Origin: Candidatus Eiseniibacteriota bacterium
GTDB lineage: Bacteria > Joyebacterota > Joyebacteria > Joyebacterales > Joyebacteraceae
DNA: 64,000 nucleotides
Reading direction: 5' to 3'
NCBI GenBank assembly: GCA_030595835.1
Contig: JAUVLG010000001.1
Span: forward strand, 4,614 to 68,613
The translations under genes and the position numbers were made by a program. This document shows positions 8,944-18,469 of the stretch, in pieces; positions within the stretch are counted from its first letter, which is position 1, and the number at the start of each line of letters is the position of its first letter. The notes below the pieces were generated by a model. That model had not been told where the DNA came from and searched no databases. It was given only the letters and a program-made list of their open reading frames with translations.

Positions 8944-9849
8944 TTGAGACTGCAAGCGGTCAGGGTAGAAGCCTTCGCGAAGATCAACCTCGGACTGGCC
9001 GTGACGGCGTCACGGCCTGACGGCTATCACGACATAGAGACGCTGTTCCAGAGTGTGTCGTTGTCGGACACACTCATCCTGGCGCCCCTGGAGGGCGCTC
9101 CGCGAGCGGCTTTGAGCGTAAGCGGGATCCCCGTTCCTGACGGCGCCGAGAATCTCGCGTGGAGGGCGGTCGACGTCGCGCTGGCGGAGTTCGGGTGCCC
9201 CGGTGTGTCCATTGACCTTACGAAGCGGATACCGGTGGCAGCCGGGTTGGGTGGCGGCAGTGCCGACGCGGCGGCGGTCCTGCGTGGCATCGATGCCCTG
9301 TTCGAGCTAGGGGCCGCTCGCGCGACGCTGCTCAGGCTGGCGGCGCTCCTGGGCTCGGACGTGCCGTTCATGTTGTTCGGAGGGACGGCTCTGGGGACCG
9401 GGAGGGGGGAGAGCCTCGAAGCTCTGCCCGCGCTCAGAGGCGTCTGGTTCGTGCTGGCGACGCCGCGCTTCGGGGTCTCGGCGGGGGAGGCCTACGAAAT
9501 GGCGAGAATCGGGTTGACAGACCCCGTCAACTTCATTAGAGTAAACTGTTTAGCTGTCCGGGAAGGCGATATCCCGATGCTTGCCAAGGGGCTTCGGAAC
9601 GACCTGGAAGCTGGTGTCGTATCTGCATGTCCGGAGGTCGCGCGCGTGAAGGAGGCTCTGCTTTCGCACGGTGCCTTTGCGGCGGTGATGTCCGGGAGCG
9701 GGCCGACGGTGGTCGGTCTCGTCAAAGACGAGCCGGCCGGACAGAGTGTAGCGTCACGCCTTTCAGGGCGTGGTTGGGACATACATGTCGTAGCGCCGAT
9801 CGATGTCGGCCAGAGCGTGACTGCGGTCGAGGACAAACCACACGGGTGA
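8944..9849 (+). CDS. ispE: 4-diphosphocytidyl-2-C-methyl-D-erythritol kinase
   Basis: GHMP-kinase motifs AFAKINLGL and PVAAGLGGGSADAAAVL. TTG start with a GGGAGGG ribosome-binding site. Confidence 0.85.
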   Translation: MRLQAVRVEAFAKINLGLAVTASRPDGYHDIETLFQSVSLSDTLILAPLEGAPRAALSVSGIPVPDGAENLAWRAVDVALAEFGCPGVSIDLTKRIPVAAGLGGGSADAAAVLRGIDALFELGAARATLLRLAALLGSDVPFMLFGGTALGTGRGESLEALPALRGVWFVLATPRFGVSAGEAYEMARIGLTDPVNFIRVNCLAVREGDIPMLAKGLRNDLEAGVVSACPEVARVKEALLSHGAFAAVMSGSGPTVVGLVKDEPAGQSVASRLSGRGWDIHVVAPIDVGQSVTAVEDKPHG

Positions 9850-9918
9850 GTTTTCTCCGAGTGCACTCGGGCGCCGACTCGATCCAGTCCCTTCATCCAG
9901 GCGGAGGGCGGTGAAGCG

Positions 9919-10236
9919 ATGGAAATCACCGAGGTAAGGCTGACGCTGCGCCACGAGGAACGGCTGAAGGCGTTCGTCAGCATCACGTTCGACAACGCGT
10001 TCGTCGTCAGAGGGCTCAAGGTCATCGACGGCAACACGGGGATATTCGTTGCGATGCCCAGCCGGCGACGCAAGGACGGGGAGTTCAGGGACATCGCTCA
10101 CCCGATCAACAACGCGACGCGGCAAATGATCGAGGACGCCGTTCTCGCCGAGTATGAGCATCAGATTGCACTCGGTGGCGGTGAGCCTCAAACGGTGGAG
10201 CGCCAGCTGGTGCACGCCGATGAGTTGTGCGACTAG
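9919..10236 (+). CDS. spoVG: Septation/regulatory protein SpoVG
   Basis: The 105-aa product [64 protein letters not shown] is a near-textbook SpoVG. Confidence 0.9.
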   Translation: MEITEVRLTLRHEERLKAFVSITFDNAFVVRGLKVIDGNTGIFVAMPSRRRKDGEFRDIAHPINNATRQMIEDAVLAEYEHQIALGGGEPQTVERQLVHADELCD

Positions 10237-10248
10237 AGAGTCAGTCGC

Positions 10249-10322
10249 TGGGGCGTCGTCAAGTGGCAAGACACGGGACTTTGGCTCCCGCATCGGAGGT
10301 TCGAATCCTCCCGCCCCAGCCA
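10249..10322 (+). tRNA. tRNA-Gln (anticodon TTG)
   Basis: 74-nt cloverleaf folded by hand. Acceptor TGGGGCG/CGCCCCA, D stem GTC/GAC, anticodon stem CGGGA/TCCCG with loop CTTTGGC, T arm GGAGG-TTCGAAT-CCTCC, discriminator G and encoded CCA. Overall similar to bacterial tRNA-Gln. Confidence 0.8.
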
Positions 10323-10392
10323 GATTCACTGCTGGGGCGGTGTGGCTATATCGGCGCTGGCAACGTGGTGGACGTGTTCCGGAGGAGACGAG

Positions 10393-11325
10393 ATGCTTAA
10401 CGATCTGGGCCTTTTCACCGGCAATGCCAACCGGGCGCTCGCTTCCGAGATCGCTGGATACCTGGGGCTCAGGCTGGGTGAGGCCGCGGTGGGAAGGTTC
10501 CGGGATGGGGAGATCAACGTCAGCATCTCCGAGAACGTGCGCGGCATGGACGCGTTCGTGATACAACCGACGGCCCCTCCAAGCGAGACGTTGTTCGAGC
10601 TGCTCATAATGATAGACGCTCTGAAGAGGGCGTCCGCACGACGAATCACGGCGGTTGTGCCTTACTTCGGCTACGCCAGGCAGGACCGCAAGGATCGCCC
10701 GCGGGTGGCGATCACGGCGAAGCTTGTTGCGAACCTGCTGACCGTTGCAGGGGCGGACAGGATTCTGACCATGGACCTTCACGCCCCGCAGATACAGGGG
10801 TTTTTCGACATACCGATGGATCACATCTACGCGGCGCCAGTGCTCCTTCGCTATTTCGATGAGCACGCCGGGAACGATCTCGTCATCATGGCGCCGGACA
10901 TCGGTAGCATTAAGATGGGAAGGGCGTTCGCCAAGCGACTCGGTGCGTCGCTCGGTTTCGTCGACAAGCGACGCCCGAGGCCCGACGCGACCGAGGTGAT
11001 GAACGTCGTTGGTGAGGTGGAGGGCAAGCACGTCATCATGATCGACGACATCATAAGTACTGGAAGCTCGATGATCCAGGCGGCGGCGGCCGTGATGAAG
11101 ATGGGGGCAGCGAAGGTGACGGCGGGCGCGACTCACGCGCTCTTCGCGGAAGGCGCCGTGGAGGCGCTCAGCGATTCGCTGATTGAGGAGATCGTCGTTA
11201 CGAACACGCTCAGCAACGAACATTGCGGATCGGATAAGATCCGGACTCTGTCAGTCGCGGAGTTGCTTGGGGAAGCGATCGACAGGATACATGGGGAGAA
11301 GTCGGTGAGCTCGCTCTTCGTCTGA
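10393..11325 (+). CDS. prs: Ribose-phosphate pyrophosphokinase
   Basis: MLNDLGLFTGNANRALASEIAGYLG start. PRPP-binding loop HVIMIDDIISTGSSM. ATG at 10393 is preceded by GGAGGAG; the longer 10342 start lacks a ribosome-binding site. Confidence 0.9.
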   Translation: MLNDLGLFTGNANRALASEIAGYLGLRLGEAAVGRFRDGEINVSISENVRGMDAFVIQPTAPPSETLFELLIMIDALKRASARRITAVVPYFGYARQDRKDRPRVAITAKLVANLLTVAGADRILTMDLHAPQIQGFFDIPMDHIYAAPVLLRYFDEHAGNDLVIMAPDIGSIKMGRAFAKRLGASLGFVDKRRPRPDATEVMNVVGEVEGKHVIMIDDIISTGSSMIQAAAAVMKMGAAKVTAGATHALFAEGAVEALSDSLIEEIVVTNTLSNEHCGSDKIRTLSVAELLGEAIDRIHGEKSVSSLFV

Positions 11326-11420
11326 CGCGGGCTCTCGTAGGACGGCGTCTCGGGCGCCGCGGTAACGGCGGCCCGATGGCTCCAGATGTCAACTGACAGG
11401 GGAACTAGGGAGAGGAATAC

Positions 11421-12110
11421 ATGGCGACGATCAAACTCGCGGTGCGGCGCAGAACCGACACCGGCAAGCAGGGAACCAAGCGAACCCGCGCGCTCGGCGA
11501 TGTACCGGCGGTGCTCTATGGGGAGGAGCAGGAGAACGTGCCGATCGCCATTAGCTTCAATGACCTTCGGATGACGCTATCGACACCGGCGGGCCGTAAC
11601 GTGATCATTGAGCTGGGGGTGGATGGTGAGGAGATGACGGCGAGTGCCGTCATCAGAGACCTGACGCGCGACCCGCTGACGCGAGAGATACTGCATGTTG
11701 ATCTGCAGCGGATCTCTGAGAACAAGGCCATCGTGATGCACGTGCCGGTTAGTCTGGTGGGTGAGTCGCTCGCGGTAAAGGAGGGACGTGGCATTCTTGA
11801 CCACACGATGCGGCAGTTGGAGGTCAGGTGTCTCCCTCGTGACATCCCGGAGTCGATTGAGGTCGACATCTCGAGCCTCGAGGTCAGGCACGCCATTCAC
11901 GTGAATGAGATTGTGGTAGACAAGCTCGAGATACTCGACCACCCAGAGCGTCCAGTCGTTGAGGTACTCCAGCCGACTCTGTTCGTCGAGCCGACCGCTG
12001 AGGGCGAAGAGGGCGTAGAGGGCGAAGAGGTCGAAGAGGGCGCGGAGGCGACTGCTGCCGGCGAGGAAGCCGCGGAAGGCGCTGCCGAGACCTCCGAGGA
12101 GAAGAGCTAG
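11421..12110 (+). CDS. rplY: 50S ribosomal protein L25 / general stress protein Ctc
   Basis: L25/Ctc fold signature (KQGTKRTRALGDVPAVLYG...) with an acidic Glu/Gly/Ala-rich C-terminal tail. The spoVG-prs-ctc-pth order is conserved. Confidence 0.85.
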   Translation: MATIKLAVRRRTDTGKQGTKRTRALGDVPAVLYGEEQENVPIAISFNDLRMTLSTPAGRNVIIELGVDGEEMTASAVIRDLTRDPLTREILHVDLQRISENKAIVMHVPVSLVGESLAVKEGRGILDHTMRQLEVRCLPRDIPESIEVDISSLEVRHAIHVNEIVVDKLEILDHPERPVVEVLQPTLFVEPTAEGEEGVEGEEVEEGAEATAAGEEAAEGAAETSEEKS

Positions 12111-12115
12111 AGGTA

Positions 12116-12691
12116 GTGAAGGTCATTGCCGGGCTTGGGAATCCCGGGCACGAATACGTGGGTTCCCGTCACAATGTTGGGTTCCTTGTTGTCGCCGGGC
12201 TGGCCGACGGGTGCGGTATCCGACTCTCGGCTGGGCGCGGCGACTTCATGAGTGGGGTAGGACGGATCGCGGGCGTGGCTGCGCGACTCGTGATGCCGCT
12301 GACGTACATGAACAGAAGCGGGCTTGCAATTGCGCAGGTTCTCGAAGAGACGAACACTGCGCCGGACGAGCTGCTCGTGGTCTGCGATGATGTGAATCTG
12401 CCGCTCGGTCAGCTGCGTCTCAGGGCCGCGGGCAGTGCCGGAGGGCACAACGGTCTGTCGTCAGTCATCGAACGGCTGCACACGGAGAGCTTCGCTCGCC
12501 TCCGTGTCGGAGTGGGACGTCCCCCTGATGGCGATGACATGGTCGACTTCGTCCTCGATGTCTTCAGGGATGAAGAGCGCACTGACGTGGACGAGATGAT
12601 CGGCCGCGCCGTTGGCGCGGTGGAGTTGCTGCTCAGTGACGGGATCGAAGCGACAATGACGATGTTCAACAGGAAGACGGACATCGCCTAA
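12116..12691 (+). CDS. pth: Peptidyl-tRNA hydrolase
   Basis: MKVIAGLGNPGHEYVGSRHNVGF and the catalytic His/Asp layout. GTG start. Confidence 0.9.
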   Translation: MKVIAGLGNPGHEYVGSRHNVGFLVVAGLADGCGIRLSAGRGDFMSGVGRIAGVAARLVMPLTYMNRSGLAIAQVLEETNTAPDELLVVCDDVNLPLGQLRLRAAGSAGGHNGLSSVIERLHTESFARLRVGVGRPPDGDDMVDFVLDVFRDEERTDVDEMIGRAVGAVELLLSDGIEATMTMFNRKTDIA

Positions 12692-12715
12692 GAACGAGTG
12701 ATGGCAGGAGGACTA

Positions 12716-14752
12716 ATGGCAGAGGTCTTTGTTCCGCTGGCGTCGAGCATCATCGGGCTCGTCTTCGTGGTCATCCTCGCACGGGACGTGCTGTCGAAGA
12801 ACCCCGGCAACGAGGTCATGCAGAAGATATCCCTGGCCATTCAGGAGGGCGCACGCACGTTCCTGAAGCGGGAGTATTCATACGTCTCTGTGCTGGTCGT
12901 CGTGGTCGCCGGTCTGATAGCACTGGCTCCTACGCTGTCGGGCAAGCCCGACCTGCCGCTGGGCTGGAAGACGGCGGTCGCGTTCGTTGTGGGAGCCGTC
13001 ATCTCGGCGCTCGCGGGCTACATCGGGATGAGCATCGCCACGCGCGCCAACGCCAGGACGACCCAGGCGGCGGTCGATGGAGGGGTCAGGGGAGCCCTGG
13101 GAGTGGCGGTTTCGGCGGGCTCGGTGATGGGTTTGAGCGTCGCCAGCATGGCGCTTCTTGGTCTTGCTATCGTCTACTGGGTGTTCCGCGTGCCTGCCGT
13201 GGTCAACGGATACGCGATGGGAGCATCGCTGGTGGCTCTGTTCGCTCGTTCCGGAGGAGGGCTCTTCACGAAGGGCGCCGACATGGGCGCCGACCTGGTA
13301 GGTAAGGTGGAGGCCGGTATCCCGGAGGACGACCCCAGGAACCCGGCCGTTATTGCGGACAACGTCGGCGACAATGTCGGCGATGTCGCGGGGCTGGGGG
13401 CGGACCTTCTCGAGTCGTACGTCGAATCCATGATCGCCAGCATGGCCCTGGCAGCGGCTCTCGTTACGGGCGCCGCGGTTTCCGAGCGGCTGATGCTGCT
13501 ACCCCTCAACATCGCCGCGGCAGGGATAGCGGCATCGATTATCGGGATTCTCTTTGTCAAGGTCGTGGGGCGCAGGAACCCACAGGCGGCCCTCATGGGG
13601 GGCACGTATGTTGCGGCGGGCCTGACGGCCGTTGCCAGCTTCTTCATCATACGAACCATGGGAACCGAATTCACGATCGGAGACACGACATACGGTGTGA
13701 TGGGACCGTTCTACGCGACGATAGCCGGTATTCTCAGCGGCGTGATCATCGGGATGGTCAGCGAGTACTTCACGTCCACGAAGTACCGCCCGGTCAGAAA
13801 CCTTGCTGAGGCCTCGCAGAGCGGGCCGGCGATCACCGTTACGGCGGGAACGGCAGTCGGCATGGGCAGCACGGCCGTGCCGGTGCTCGTGATCGGCGTT
13901 GCCATCGTTATCGCACACCACTTCGCGGGCATGTACGGTATCGCCATGGCGGCGTTCGGAATGCTCGCAACGGTCGGAATGGTCGTCGCCGTCGACTCCT
14001 ACGGCCCCGTCGCTGACAACGCGGGGGGCATAGCCGAGATGGCAGGGCTTCCGACGGAGATCAGGGACATCACCGACAATCTGGACGCGGTCGGCAACAC
14101 GACGGCCGCGATTGGCAAGGGCTTCGCCATAGGCTCGGCCGCGTTCGCGGCGATCGGACTTCTGTCGGCATACATGGTCTCGGCAGGGATAACCGTCGCC
14201 GACATGACCGAGCCCACGGTGATGGCGGGTCTCCTTGTCGGAGGCATGCTCCCGTTCTTCTTTTCTTCGATGCTCTTCGGAGCGGTGTCGAAAGTCGCCT
14301 TCAAGATGATCGACGAGGTGAGAAGGCAGTTCAGAGAGATACCGGGTCTTCTGGAGGGCAAGGTCATGCCCGATTCGGCGACCTGCGTGGACATCAGCAC
14401 CAGGGGCGCCATCGCCGGCATGATAAAGCCCGGCCTGTTGGCGCTGCTTGTGCCGGTGGCGGTCGGTCTGTACGACGAGAGGGCGCTTGCGGGGTTGCTC
14501 GTCGGCGCGGTTGTGACGGGCGTGGTTCTGGGCATTCAGACCGCCAATTCAGGCGGTGCGATGGACAACGCCAAGAAGTACATAGAGGAGGGGCATTTCG
14601 GAGGTAAGGGCTCCGATGCCCACAAGGCCGCGGTGGTGGGTGACACGGTAGGCGATCCGCTCAAGGACACCGTCGGGCCGTCCATAAACATCCTGATCAA
14701 GCTGATGTCCGTCATCTCTCTCGTGCTCGCCCCACTGTTCATCAAGGGGTAG
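12716..14752 (+). CDS. hppA: Membrane-bound proton/sodium-translocating pyrophosphatase (H+-PPase)
   Basis: [20 protein letters not shown] and DNVGDNVGD signature motifs with 15 or more TM helices. ATG at 12716 has an AGGAGGA ribosome-binding site; the track start 12698 is GTG. Confidence 0.9.
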   Translation: MAEVFVPLASSIIGLVFVVILARDVLSKNPGNEVMQKISLAIQEGARTFLKREYSYVSVLVVVVAGLIALAPTLSGKPDLPLGWKTAVAFVVGAVISALAGYIGMSIATRANARTTQAAVDGGVRGALGVAVSAGSVMGLSVASMALLGLAIVYWVFRVPAVVNGYAMGASLVALFARSGGGLFTKGADMGADLVGKVEAGIPEDDPRNPAVIADNVGDNVGDVAGLGADLLESYVESMIASMALAAALVTGAAVSERLMLLPLNIAAAGIAASIIGILFVKVVGRRNPQAALMGGTYVAAGLTAVASFFIIRTMGTEFTIGDTTYGVMGPFYATIAGILSGVIIGMVSEYFTSTKYRPVRNLAEASQSGPAITVTAGTAVGMGSTAVPVLVIGVAIVIAHHFAGMYGIAMAAFGMLATVGMVVAVDSYGPVADNAGGIAEMAGLPTEIRDITDNLDAVGNTTAAIGKGFAIGSAAFAAIGLLSAYMVSAGITVADMTEPTVMAGLLVGGMLPFFFSSMLFGAVSKVAFKMIDEVRRQFREIPGLLEGKVMPDSATCVDISTRGAIAGMIKPGLLALLVPVAVGLYDERALAGLLVGAVVTGVVLGIQTANSGGAMDNAKKYIEEGHFGGKGSDAHKAAVVGDTVGDPLKDTVGPSINILIKLMSVISLVLAPLFIKG

Positions 14753-14785
14753 CGTTCAGAGCGGGAGCAGGGCGCGGAGGCGTGA

Positions 14786-15880
14786 GTGGCTCTCGAACTC
14801 GGGATCATAGGCCTTCCGAACGTGGGCAAGTCCACGCTCTTCAACACCCTGGCTGGGACAAGCGTCGCTTGCAGCAACTACCCGTTCTGCACGGTCGATG
14901 CGAACGTCGGGGTGGTTGCTGTGCCCGACCGCAGGCTCGCGAAGCTAGGGAGTATCCTGGCTCCCGAGAAGCTGACGCCCGCGGCGATTCGCTTCGTGGA
15001 CATAGCAGGGCTCGTCAGAGGAGCAAGCAGGGGCGAGGGGCTCGGGAACAAGTTCCTCGCGAACATCAGGGAGGTCGACGCGGTCGCTCACGTCGTGCGG
15101 TGCTTCCAGGACTCGTCGGTTGCTCACGTCGATGGAACGGTCGATCCGGAACGTGACCTGTCCACTATCAGAACGGAACTGCTGCTGGCCGATCTGGAGA
15201 CCAGCGAGCGGAATCTGAAGAAGCGACGAAAAGAACAGCAGAGAGGCGACAAGGAAGCCGGCCCGATAGGCGACGCGCTCGAGAAGGCCAGGGACGCTTT
15301 GGACGCGGGAACGCCGCTACGGCTCGCAACGCTTTCCCGGAGCGAGCGAGGCCTCCTCGAGGAATACCGCTTCCTCACGACGAAAGACCACCTGATCGTC
15401 GCCAACATATCCGAGGCCGATGCAGGAACGGGCGAAGACGTGTGGATCAAGCGTCTGTCGGCAGCGACGGGCGAGCCTGAGTGGAAGATCGTGCCCATAG
15501 CGGCGTCGCTCGAGGCCGAGCTTGTGACTCTGGACGAGGAAGAGCAGGGGGAGTTCCTGGAGGGCTGGGGCATTAGGGAGAGAGGCCTCGAGAGGCTCAT
15601 CCGCGCCGGCTACCGGCTGCTTGGGCTCGTGACCTTCTTCACGGTCAAGGGACCTGAAACGCGCGCATGGACGGTTCCCGAGGGGACCACGGTGGCCGAG
15701 GCAGCGGGCAGGATACACTCCGATATGGAGAAGGGGTTCATCAGGGCCGACGTTGTGTCGTTCGACGACCTCGTTGCTGAGGGATCGATGCACGCGGTCC
15801 GCGACAGCGGACACCTGAGAACCGAAGGACGTGACTACGAGGTGCACGAGGGGGACGTCGTTCTCGTTCACTTCAGCTAG
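14786..15880 (+). CDS. ychF: Ribosome-binding ATPase YchF (Obg-family GTPase)
   Basis: [20 protein letters not shown]-loop, a coiled-coil insert and a C-terminal TGS domain. GTG start with GGAGG. Confidence 0.9.
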   Translation: MALELGIIGLPNVGKSTLFNTLAGTSVACSNYPFCTVDANVGVVAVPDRRLAKLGSILAPEKLTPAAIRFVDIAGLVRGASRGEGLGNKFLANIREVDAVAHVVRCFQDSSVAHVDGTVDPERDLSTIRTELLLADLETSERNLKKRRKEQQRGDKEAGPIGDALEKARDALDAGTPLRLATLSRSERGLLEEYRFLTTKDHLIVANISEADAGTGEDVWIKRLSAATGEPEWKIVPIAASLEAELVTLDEEEQGEFLEGWGIRERGLERLIRAGYRLLGLVTFFTVKGPETRAWTVPEGTTVAEAAGRIHSDMEKGFIRADVVSFDDLVAEGSMHAVRDSGHLRTEGRDYEVHEGDVVLVHFS

Positions 15881-15931
15881 AGTGTGGTTGTTGTGTTGGT
15901 GTTGTGTGTGACAGAAGAGGGGCAAGTCTCT

Positions 15932-15980
15932 GGTCTCTAAGGAGACCTGAGATCTCCTCACCCCGTCCCGAAGGATGGGG
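15932..15980 (+). promoter_or_regulatory. Structured rpsF 5' leader / ychF terminator region
   Basis: Two hairpins lie between ychF and rpsF. GGTCTC-TAAG-GAGACC is a perfect 6-bp stem (15932-15947). CCCCGTCC-CGAA-GGATGGGG is an 8-bp stem (15961-15980). A GT-rich run and a GGGGGAGG ribosome-binding site follow. Confidence 0.3.
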
Positions 15981-16012
15981 TCGCAGTCAGACCAGGGGGA
16001 GGTAAGTAAGGA

Positions 16013-16300
16013 ATGAGGACCTACGAGGGTACGTTCATTTTCCGCCCGAGCCTCGACGAGACCGGCCTCGCGGAAGAGATGGGCAAGGTCGATGAGCTCA
16101 TCGTCGCTGAAGGTGGCGAGATCAAGGAGTGGGACAAGTGGGGCAAGCGTCGGCTCGCCTACGAGATCAAGGGTGAGCACGACGGGATCTACGCGTTCCT
16201 CACGTTCGAAGCGGACCCCGCGTCCATCGAGAAGCTCGTGGAGGCTTATCGCCTGCGGGAGAACATTCTCCGCAATATGAACATCGTGATGGGCGAGTAG
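16013..16300 (+). CDS. rpsF: 30S ribosomal protein S6
   Basis: MRTYEGTFIFRPSLDE...WGKRRLAYEI: canonical S6. Confidence 0.9.
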   Translation: MRTYEGTFIFRPSLDETGLAEEMGKVDELIVAEGGEIKEWDKWGKRRLAYEIKGEHDGIYAFLTFEADPASIEKLVEAYRLRENILRNMNIVMGE

Positions 16301-16342
16301 CCCGACCGTCTCGCATTACAATCATTGATTTCGGAGGCACAC

Positions 16343-16579
16343 ATGGCCAGACGTGAGAGGCACGGCAAGTTCTGCCGGTTCTGCCAGGACAAGGTCGATA
16401 AGATCGACTACAAGGACGAGAAGCGTCTGCTTCGGTTCGTCACGGAGCAGGGCAAGATCATTCCGCGCAGGGTGACCGGAGCCTGCGCAAGACATCAGAG
16501 ACAGCTGGCGGTGGCGGTGAAGCGCGCCCGCCAGATCGCCCTTCTGCCGTTCGTCGGCCGACATCACAAGCATGGCTAG
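16343..16579 (+). CDS. rpsR: 30S ribosomal protein S18
   Basis: [46 protein letters not shown]: canonical S18. ATG at 16343 follows GGAGG. Confidence 0.9.
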   Translation: MARRERHGKFCRFCQDKVDKIDYKDEKRLLRFVTEQGKIIPRRVTGACARHQRQLAVAVKRARQIALLPFVGRHHKHG

Positions 16580-16618
16580 GCCGACAGTGGAAGGCCGTCA
16601 CAGAGAGGTGGATCCGCA

Positions 16619-17062
16619 ATGAAGGTTATACTCGCCGAGGACGTGGACCAGCTGGGGTCCAGAGGGGATGTCGTCACGGTCAAGGACGGATACGGCAGGA
16701 ACTTCCTCCTTCCGTCCGGAAAAGCGCTTCCCGCCACGCCGGGTGCACTGGCGCAGCTTGAGGTCAAGGTCCAGACAGACGAAGCGCGGGTTAAGAAGGA
16801 CAAGCGAGCCGCTGAGGAGATGGCAGAACGTCTGAGCGGCGTGTCCTGCACAGTACGTGTTCAGGCCGATGAGGGCGACAAACTCTATGGGTCGGTGGGC
16901 GAGAGGGAGATCGCGCAGGCGCTGGACGAGCAGGGACATGAGACAGACCCCAACAACGTGATCATGGAAGAGCACATCAAGATGCTTGGTGTCTACCCGG
17001 TCAAGATTCGCCTGTTCAAGGACGTCGAGGCGGAGATCAAGGTTTGGGTCATCAGAGAGTAG
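16619..17062 (+). CDS. rplI: 50S ribosomal protein L9
   Basis: MKVILAEDVDQLGSRGDVVTVKDGYGRNFLLP: canonical L9. Confidence 0.9.
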   Translation: MKVILAEDVDQLGSRGDVVTVKDGYGRNFLLPSGKALPATPGALAQLEVKVQTDEARVKKDKRAAEEMAERLSGVSCTVRVQADEGDKLYGSVGEREIAQALDEQGHETDPNNVIMEEHIKMLGVYPVKIRLFKDVEAEIKVWVIRE

Positions 17063-17136
17063 GAGCGGGACCAGCGCTCAGCCTGGGAGTGGCTTCGCGC
17101 GACAGCATTCGCTCAGAATCAAGCGGGGAGGAGCAC

Positions 17137-18306
17137 ATGTCGAGGAGTTTCACAATCGCCGCGCTCATGCTCGTCGTTCTCGCTGCGGGCATTTGGTGCG
17201 TGGGGTGCGGGTCCGGGGGCGACGACCAGATCGTAGCCAGAGTCGGACGAACGGACATTACGAAGAGCTATCTCATGCAGAAGCTGGCCGAGCTGCCACC
17301 CTTTGCTCAGCAGCAGTTCGCGGGGCCGGAGGGAACGATAGCGTTCCTCCATAGGTTGGTGGATGAGGAGGTGCTCTATCAGGCGGCCCTCAAGGCGGGG
17401 CACGACCAGGATCCCGAGGTGGTGAGAGCGCTGGACGCGGTCAAGCGGCGCGCGGTGATCCAGGCCTTCTACGCCCAGGGTGTCGAGGCGACGACGGTGG
17501 TTTCGGACGAGGACGTCCAGATCTACTACGATGAGCACAGCGAGCAGTTCCAGCGTCGCGGGCGCGTCAAGTTCCGTCACATCCTGGTGGCGACTCGCGC
17601 CGCGGCCGAGGGCGTCAGGTCGAGAGTGCTCGGTGGAGAGGATTTCGCGACAGTAGCACGCGAGGTCTCGACCGACACGGCGACCAAGAGCGCCGGTGGA
17701 CTCATGGGCTCCATCTCTGAGGGTGACGGCGCACCGGACGCCGGTATGGATGCGGCATTCATCGAGCGCGTCAGGGAATGGAAGCCCGGTGAGATCACGG
17801 ACCCGCTGCGATCTGACAGAGGGTGGCACGTTGTCTACCTCGAGGAGAAGGTAGATGGGGGCACCAAGCCTCTGGAGGAGGTCCACGAACAGATCGTGAA
17901 GAGCCTGCTGCCGGAGCGGACGAGAGAGCACTACGAGGAGGTGCTCGCGAGTCTGAAGGAGAGCTATGGTGTCAGGGTCAATGAGGAGGTCTTCAGAGCA
18001 AAGCCCAGGAGCGAAGAGGAGCTCTTCACGCTCGCTCAGGAGACGGACGATCCACTGACCCGCCTGAACTACTACTCCGAACTCGTCTTCAACTACCCCG
18101 ATGGAGAACACGCTGCTGAGGCGCAGTTCATGATCGGGTTCATCCACGCCGAGGAGCTGTCGAACTACGAGCCGGCGCGCAACGCATTCGAGAGAATGAA
18201 GACGCGCTACCCCGAGTCGGCCCTCGTGGCGTCCGCTGACTGGATGCTCGAGCACATGGGCGAGGAGAACCCGCCCTTTGATGAGGCTGATGTCATCTCC
18301 CAGTAG
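17137..18306 (+). CDS. Peptidyl-prolyl cis-trans isomerase, SurA/PrsA-like parvulin lipoprotein with C-terminal TPR-like region
   Basis: Lipoprotein signal MSRSFTIAALMLVVLAAGIWCVGC. SurA-like chaperone region, then parvulin core (KFRHILV...GGLMGSISEG). ATG at 17137 follows GGGGAGGAG. Confidence 0.7.
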   Translation: MSRSFTIAALMLVVLAAGIWCVGCGSGGDDQIVARVGRTDITKSYLMQKLAELPPFAQQQFAGPEGTIAFLHRLVDEEVLYQAALKAGHDQDPEVVRALDAVKRRAVIQAFYAQGVEATTVVSDEDVQIYYDEHSEQFQRRGRVKFRHILVATRAAAEGVRSRVLGGEDFATVAREVSTDTATKSAGGLMGSISEGDGAPDAGMDAAFIERVREWKPGEITDPLRSDRGWHVVYLEEKVDGGTKPLEEVHEQIVKSLLPERTREHYEEVLASLKESYGVRVNEEVFRAKPRSEEELFTLAQETDDPLTRLNYYSELVFNYPDGEHAAEAQFMIGFIHAEELSNYEPARNAFERMKTRYPESALVASADWMLEHMGEENPPFDEADVISQ

Positions 18307-18409
18307 GTGCGGGAGGGAGCCTGAGAGAGCTTCCTGGGAATGTTCCAACTCGCCGCCGTAACCGCGGTCTTCCCTGCGACCTGTGCTCTCAGATATGCCC
18401 GTACTCCAA

Positions 18410-18442
18410 GACGAGGGGTGGCGCCGAGCGCCACCCCTCGTC
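18410..18442. terminator. Bidirectional intrinsic-terminator hairpin between convergent genes
   Basis: Perfect 15-bp inverted repeat GACGAGGGGTGGCGC-cga-GCGCCACCCCTCGTC. It sits between the + strand PPIase stop (18306) and the - strand gene stop (18470). No clear U-tract. Confidence 0.55.
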
Positions 18443-18469
18443 TCACTGAGAAACACTGCTTCCGAACGT

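Noticed and set aside
9857-9870. 14-nt perfect palindrome CCGAGTGCACTCGG after ispE as a terminator
   Set aside because: It has no loop unless the stem is reduced to 5 bp. The T-run lies on the 5' side. Too weak to call.
9763-11223. 486-aa minus-strand ORF, among many other long antisense ORFs (e.g. 1147-2022, 17119-18567, 20443-21588, 29259-31142, 32320-33783, 34346-35659)
   Set aside because: All lie antisense to strongly supported + strand genes (spoVG/prs, PPIase, selA, rib genes, GT2/radical-SAM). They have Arg/Pro/Ala-rich low-complexity translations typical of stop-codon-poor high-GC DNA. No motif was recognisable.
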